A stretch of 29,003 nucleotides of DNA from an uncultured Myxococcales bacterium (lineage in GTDB: Bacteria > Myxococcota > UBA4151), in assembly GCA_964013405.1 (NCBI GenBank), contig CAXGWI010000029.1, positions 1-29,003 on the forward strand. Reading direction: 5' to 3'. This document shows positions 25,497-29,003 of the stretch, one piece after another (positions within the stretch are counted from its first letter, which is position 1; each line of letters starts with the position of its first letter). Below the pieces are notes generated by a model, which saw only the letters and a program-made list of their open reading frames with translations, was not told the origin of the DNA and did no database searches. The translations under genes and the position numbers were made by a program.

Positions 25497-28477
25497 ACCA
25501 GGAGCGACGCACCCAAGGCCTGTTACCCCTACTTCTCATTGTCTCCTGCACGGTGCCCAACGACTTTGAGCAGACCTGGCGAACCAATAAGCACGACCGA
25601 AACCGGGAGCAACCAGCCAACTGTGGTGATGGGGACCTCAACGCGAACGAAGGCGAAAGATGCGATGACGGCAACAGGGCGTCGGGCGATGGCTGTGATG
25701 AGCTATGTCAGCCAGAAGGTCGCTGCGGCAACAACACGGTCGACCAGGGCGAAGAATGTGACGACGGCAACCTCGAAAGTGGTGATGGCTGCGACGAGCA
25801 GTGCCTAGAAGAAAAAGGCGCAGAGACCTGCGGAAACAATACGGTCGACGAAGGCGAAACCTGCGATGACGGCAACCGGAGCAATGGTGACGGCTGTAAC
25901 GAAGACTGCCAGACCGAAGAGGACGGCCCATGTGGGAACAGCACGGTCGACGAGGGCGAAGAATGTGACGACGGCAATCAGATCGATGACGACCTCTGTG
26001 ACAACAACTGCCAACTCATCAACTGTGCTGAACCGGGCTCTGAGGGGGAAGTCGGTGATAAACGGTGCAGCCGGATCGACGACGACGCCGTCTGTGTCGT
26101 GGCAGACACGGACCACCCGGTCTGCCTCCTGCGGGACCTCGGCTACGAAACCCCAGAATTTCTGAGGGCTTCTCTCTTCCACTTTTGTGCCCGTTCGGAC
26201 GAGGGTCCGATCCCAGAAGAAGCCCATCGCTGCCGAAACAGCGACGACTGCGACGGCGGAGAACAGTGCTATCTCTTCGATGTCCCCGATAAGTTCCAAG
26301 GCCTCTGCTGGGTTTCTGAAGAGCCGGACTTCCCAGAGGACAGACCCCCGAATCCACTGGTACCTGGTTGGGCGGTCCATACCAATCCGGGTGGCGTGGA
26401 TGATGGGAGCGACTCCACCTGCAAGCCGATGGCTTGTAGCGGCCTGCACGAGGGGGATTACTGCCGCGTGAGGGAAGCGCTCGAGCATGACACGCTGTCT
26501 GCCTACTGTTCAGACTCGATCTCGCAAGACGTGGTGGATGATGCGGGAAGCGGCGTCTGTGTCATCGCCGAATGCACGGGCAACAATGAGCATGTCTCAC
26601 GGCCCTGCAAGGAGATCTTCTCTGTCAATGAAGCTGTTTGCAACCACGATGGCTACTGCGTCGGTCTCGGCGGTGACGATGACAAGATGTGCAGTGAGGA
26701 GGATCTGCCCTATGCCTGTGGGGAGCTCTGCCAGCCAGCCCATTGCCGCAATTGTCACGGCGATGGCTGTCAAGGTTGCGGAGGTGCAGCCTTTGATCTG
26801 TGTGAATGGCCGCCCGGCGAGAACGATCTTCGATGCCTGTCATGTCTTGATGACAACGATTGCCCCCATGACGGCGGTGCCAACGACGGCAGTTCCGACT
26901 ACCGCTGTTTCAAGCGCCCGGGACAAGCCCAAAACGATCCCGGAACCTGTCGTCTGAGTTGCGAGGGAGACGACGACTGCCGCGTTCGTCATGGCGGACG
27001 CTGTGTCGGCCCTCAAGGTGGGCAACGCTTCTGTGAACTGCAAGGAGGTGGGCAACAGCATGGCCCGGGCTGCGGTAGGGACAACGACTGTCAATCCCAT
27101 GAGCGTTGTGATCAGGATGAGGGTCGTTGCGTCCCCCGTCGCTGCGACCAAGGCTGCCCTGAAGGCACCCGTTGCAATCAGGACCACCAACACTGTGAAC
27201 CGGAGCACGGTGGTGGTGGCGGGCCGGAGATGATCGAGATTTGTGGAAACAACGATGAGTGCCGTGCTCAGCACTACTGTCAACAATGGGCCCCAGAAGA
27301 TCCAGGCATCTGCCTGCCCAACAATTGCCGAGACAACCCCTGTCCGGGTGGGCACTCCTGTGAGGACCGAGGCGACCACGGTGAATGCGTTTTAATGGAT
27401 GGGTGCCAGTTGGAAGACAGAGGTTGCGGCCACCCAATCGCCTTACGGGAGTGCGTGCAAATCCCCGGGCATGCCGGTGGTGAGCTCTGTGAGTATCAGG
27501 CGAACACCGATGACGGCCGCTGTCGAAGTAACGACGACTGTAGGGGTGGTGTCTGCCGGCCGACGAAAGGCGATTGCATCAACTGGGGCGATGCTTGTGA
27601 CGGGGCTCCTACCCGCTTCCCGGGCTACTGCCGAGATGTCCACCAAGCGGAGGCGCAAAACTGCAATCCGCTCAATGCAAACGAGTGCAACAATGGATAT
27701 CGGTGCGACCAGGCCCAGGATCATGTGGGGCAAGAAGGCCTAGCAGCGGAACGCGGCATTTGCGCTGGTAACGCCTGTGAGCGCAATGGAGACTGTGCCT
27801 TCGGGCAAGCCTGCTTCTTCGATGGCGAAGAGGGCCAGTGCAAAGGCCGACTCCTTTGTCGCGGGCCGACCGAGGAGGCCTGTCCCGAATCTCAGGCCTG
27901 TGTCCCCCTTTATGGCTATGGCCTCCACGGCGGCGACTTCTGCGTCGAAGGGCGGAGTTGCGATGCTCATGATGATTGTGCTGACGGCTTCGGTTGTAGC
28001 AATGGCCTCTGCATCGGTCATCACCACGATTGTGAAGGACTCGGCGGCGTCCGGTTCGACTCGATGTGTGTCCCGACGATTCGTGCAGCCGGTGACGAAG
28101 ATCGGAACGATTGGCTCTCCCTGGACGAAGGGGGGGACGACTGGCGGACGTTTGGTTTTGGGGGTGTCATCGACTTCGTTCTTGAAGAGCGAGACCAAGA
28201 CGTCTTTCGTTATCTAGATGAAGATGACTCCGGGACTCGGACGTTTACGGTCAGATCGAGCGATCAGCGCCAACATCACATCCCACCGGTGAAGTGCTTT
28301 CTCGTCCAGTTCAATGAGGAGGGCACCCAGGTCCTAGACGAAGACGATGCTTGGGAAGGAGAGGGCTGCACCCTCGAAGTGGAGATCAACGAAGGCGAAC
28401 CCTATCTCTTCGTGATTCACCGGCTTGATATGCTCGAGGACCACCCCATTGGAGACCTCCGTTTACGGGCCGATTAA
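25493..28477 (+). CDS. Cys-rich lipoprotein with four Myxococcus cysteine-rich (DUF4215-type) repeats, many small disulfide modules and a C-terminal beta domain
   Basis: ATGA overlap; lipobox LIVS-C; four CG[DN]...EGExCDDGN...C...C repeats; many CxxDxDC-type modules. Confidence 0.85.
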   Translation: MNQERRTQGLLPLLLIVSCTVPNDFEQTWRTNKHDRNREQPANCGDGDLNANEGERCDDGNRASGDGCDELCQPEGRCGNNTVDQGEECDDGNLESGDGCDEQCLEEKGAETCGNNTVDEGETCDDGNRSNGDGCNEDCQTEEDGPCGNSTVDEGEECDDGNQIDDDLCDNNCQLINCAEPGSEGEVGDKRCSRIDDDAVCVVADTDHPVCLLRDLGYETPEFLRASLFHFCARSDEGPIPEEAHRCRNSDDCDGGEQCYLFDVPDKFQGLCWVSEEPDFPEDRPPNPLVPGWAVHTNPGGVDDGSDSTCKPMACSGLHEGDYCRVREALEHDTLSAYCSDSISQDVVDDAGSGVCVIAECTGNNEHVSRPCKEIFSVNEAVCNHDGYCVGLGGDDDKMCSEEDLPYACGELCQPAHCRNCHGDGCQGCGGAAFDLCEWPPGENDLRCLSCLDDNDCPHDGGANDGSSDYRCFKRPGQAQNDPGTCRLSCEGDDDCRVRHGGRCVGPQGGQRFCELQGGGQQHGPGCGRDNDCQSHERCDQDEGRCVPRRCDQGCPEGTRCNQDHQHCEPEHGGGGGPEMIEICGNNDECRAQHYCQQWAPEDPGICLPNNCRDNPCPGGHSCEDRGDHGECVLMDGCQLEDRGCGHPIALRECVQIPGHAGGELCEYQANTDDGRCRSNDDCRGGVCRPTKGDCINWGDACDGAPTRFPGYCRDVHQAEAQNCNPLNANECNNGYRCDQAQDHVGQEGLAAERGICAGNACERNGDCAFGQACFFDGEEGQCKGRLLCRGPTEEACPESQACVPLYGYGLHGGDFCVEGRSCDAHDDCADGFGCSNGLCIGHHHDCEGLGGVRFDSMCVPTIRAAGDEDRNDWLSLDEGGDDWRTFGFGGVIDFVLEERDQDVFRYLDEDDSGTRTFTVRSSDQRQHHIPPVKCFLVQFNEEGTQVLDEDDAWEGEGCTLEVEINEGEPYLFVIHRLDMLEDHPIGDLRLRAD
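25622..26015 (+). repeat. Four tandem ~100-nt repeats encoding Myxococcus cysteine-rich repeats
   Basis: Recurring acggtcgac(c/g)a(g/a)ggcgaa...tg(t/c)ga(c/t)gacggcaa units; protein CGxxTVDEGEECDDGN. Confidence 0.85.
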
Positions 28478-28508
28478 AGGCCATCCAACGAAGACAGAGC
28501 CACTCGCC

Positions 28509-29003
28509 ATGCAACTTACAGTCACCCAGCACCTCGCCAACCGCAGCAGCCTTCTTCACGTCGGCCTAGGGATTTGCTGTCTTTTAGCAGCCGGCTGCGG
28601 GCTCCCAAGCCAGTTGGAATCCCCTTGGCGGGGGAACACCTTCGACAAAAACGCCGATCCTGAGGCTGATCCCTTCAAGCCGGCCGAGCCGGCGGGAGAT
28701 GGCGGCCCCGCAGGTTCAGATGGGGGGCTCTCGACACCGGATGCAGGCGCCGATGGCTCCTGTGGCGATGGCCAATGGCTTGCTGACGAGGCATGCGATG
28801 GCAGTGCCGATGACCGCTTTCCCTGTAGCGCCGACTGTCGTCTCGTGAGCTGCGATCTCGAGAATGGGCAAGGTGGCGACAAACGCTGTGTTGACTTCGG
28901 CGAAGACGTGGTCTGTGTCCGTTACGAGGGCGCATCAGTCTGTCTGCCGCAAGTCGAAACCAACGAACCGCTCGTCGACGAGAACCAACGGCGACAACTC
29001 TAC
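28509..29003 (+). CDS. Cys-rich lipoprotein, paralog of the upstream gene (3' part runs off the window edge)
   Basis: Not in the ORF track. ATG 28509 is open to the edge: MQLTVTQHLANRSSLLHVGLGICCLLAAG-CGLPSQLESPWRGNTFDKN...SCGDGQWLADEACDG...GGDKRCVDFGEDVVCV. Confidence 0.8.
   Translation, partial: MQLTVTQHLANRSSLLHVGLGICCLLAAGCGLPSQLESPWRGNTFDKNADPEADPFKPAEPAGDGGPAGSDGGLSTPDAGADGSCGDGQWLADEACDGSADDRFPCSADCRLVSCDLENGQGGDKRCVDFGEDVVCVRYEGASVCLPQVETNEPLVDENQRRQLY

Noticed and set aside
1..29003. Mobile elements, prophage, tRNA/rRNA, selenocysteine readthrough, frameshifted pseudogenes
   Set aside because: No integrase, transposase or phage motifs were found. Intergenic gaps are short (at most ~120 bp) and show no tRNA-like sequence. 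The recognisable genes appear intact, and their TGA stops fall at expected ends.

Overview
GC-rich, gene-dense chromosomal segment. It is most likely from a Myxococcota/deltaproteobacterial genome, inferred from a MYXO-CTERM tail, an AgmX/PglI-type C-terminal domain and Myxococcus Cys-rich repeats. Left part: partial meaB (minus), divergent from a lipoprotein with a MYXO-CTERM tail whose core resembles eukaryotic BPI/LBP/PLTP (TULIP-fold) lipid-binding proteins; a 2214-aa TPR-like protein (minus); then a small membrane protein, a purple-acid-phosphatase-type lipoprotein and a Pro-rich TonB-like protein. Middle: a yciO-like gene, an Arg-Asp dipeptide-repeat lipoprotein and a MoxR-VWA pair. These are followed by a tightly coupled unit of an Alvin-type 2[4Fe-4S] ferredoxin, a 4-hydroxybenzoyl-CoA-reductase-like hcrCAB molybdoenzyme, a long rel, a glutaredoxin lipoprotein, a membrane protein and an ATC-hydrolase-family protein. 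Right end: a CsgG/TolB_N-like protein followed by two paralogous Cys-rich lipoproteins. No rRNA, tRNA, CRISPR array or mobile element was seen. The top leads are the BPI/LBP-like surface protein, the ferredoxin-hcrCAB-like module fused into a rel operon, and the RD-repeat lipoprotein. All family calls come from reading motifs by eye, not from database searches.
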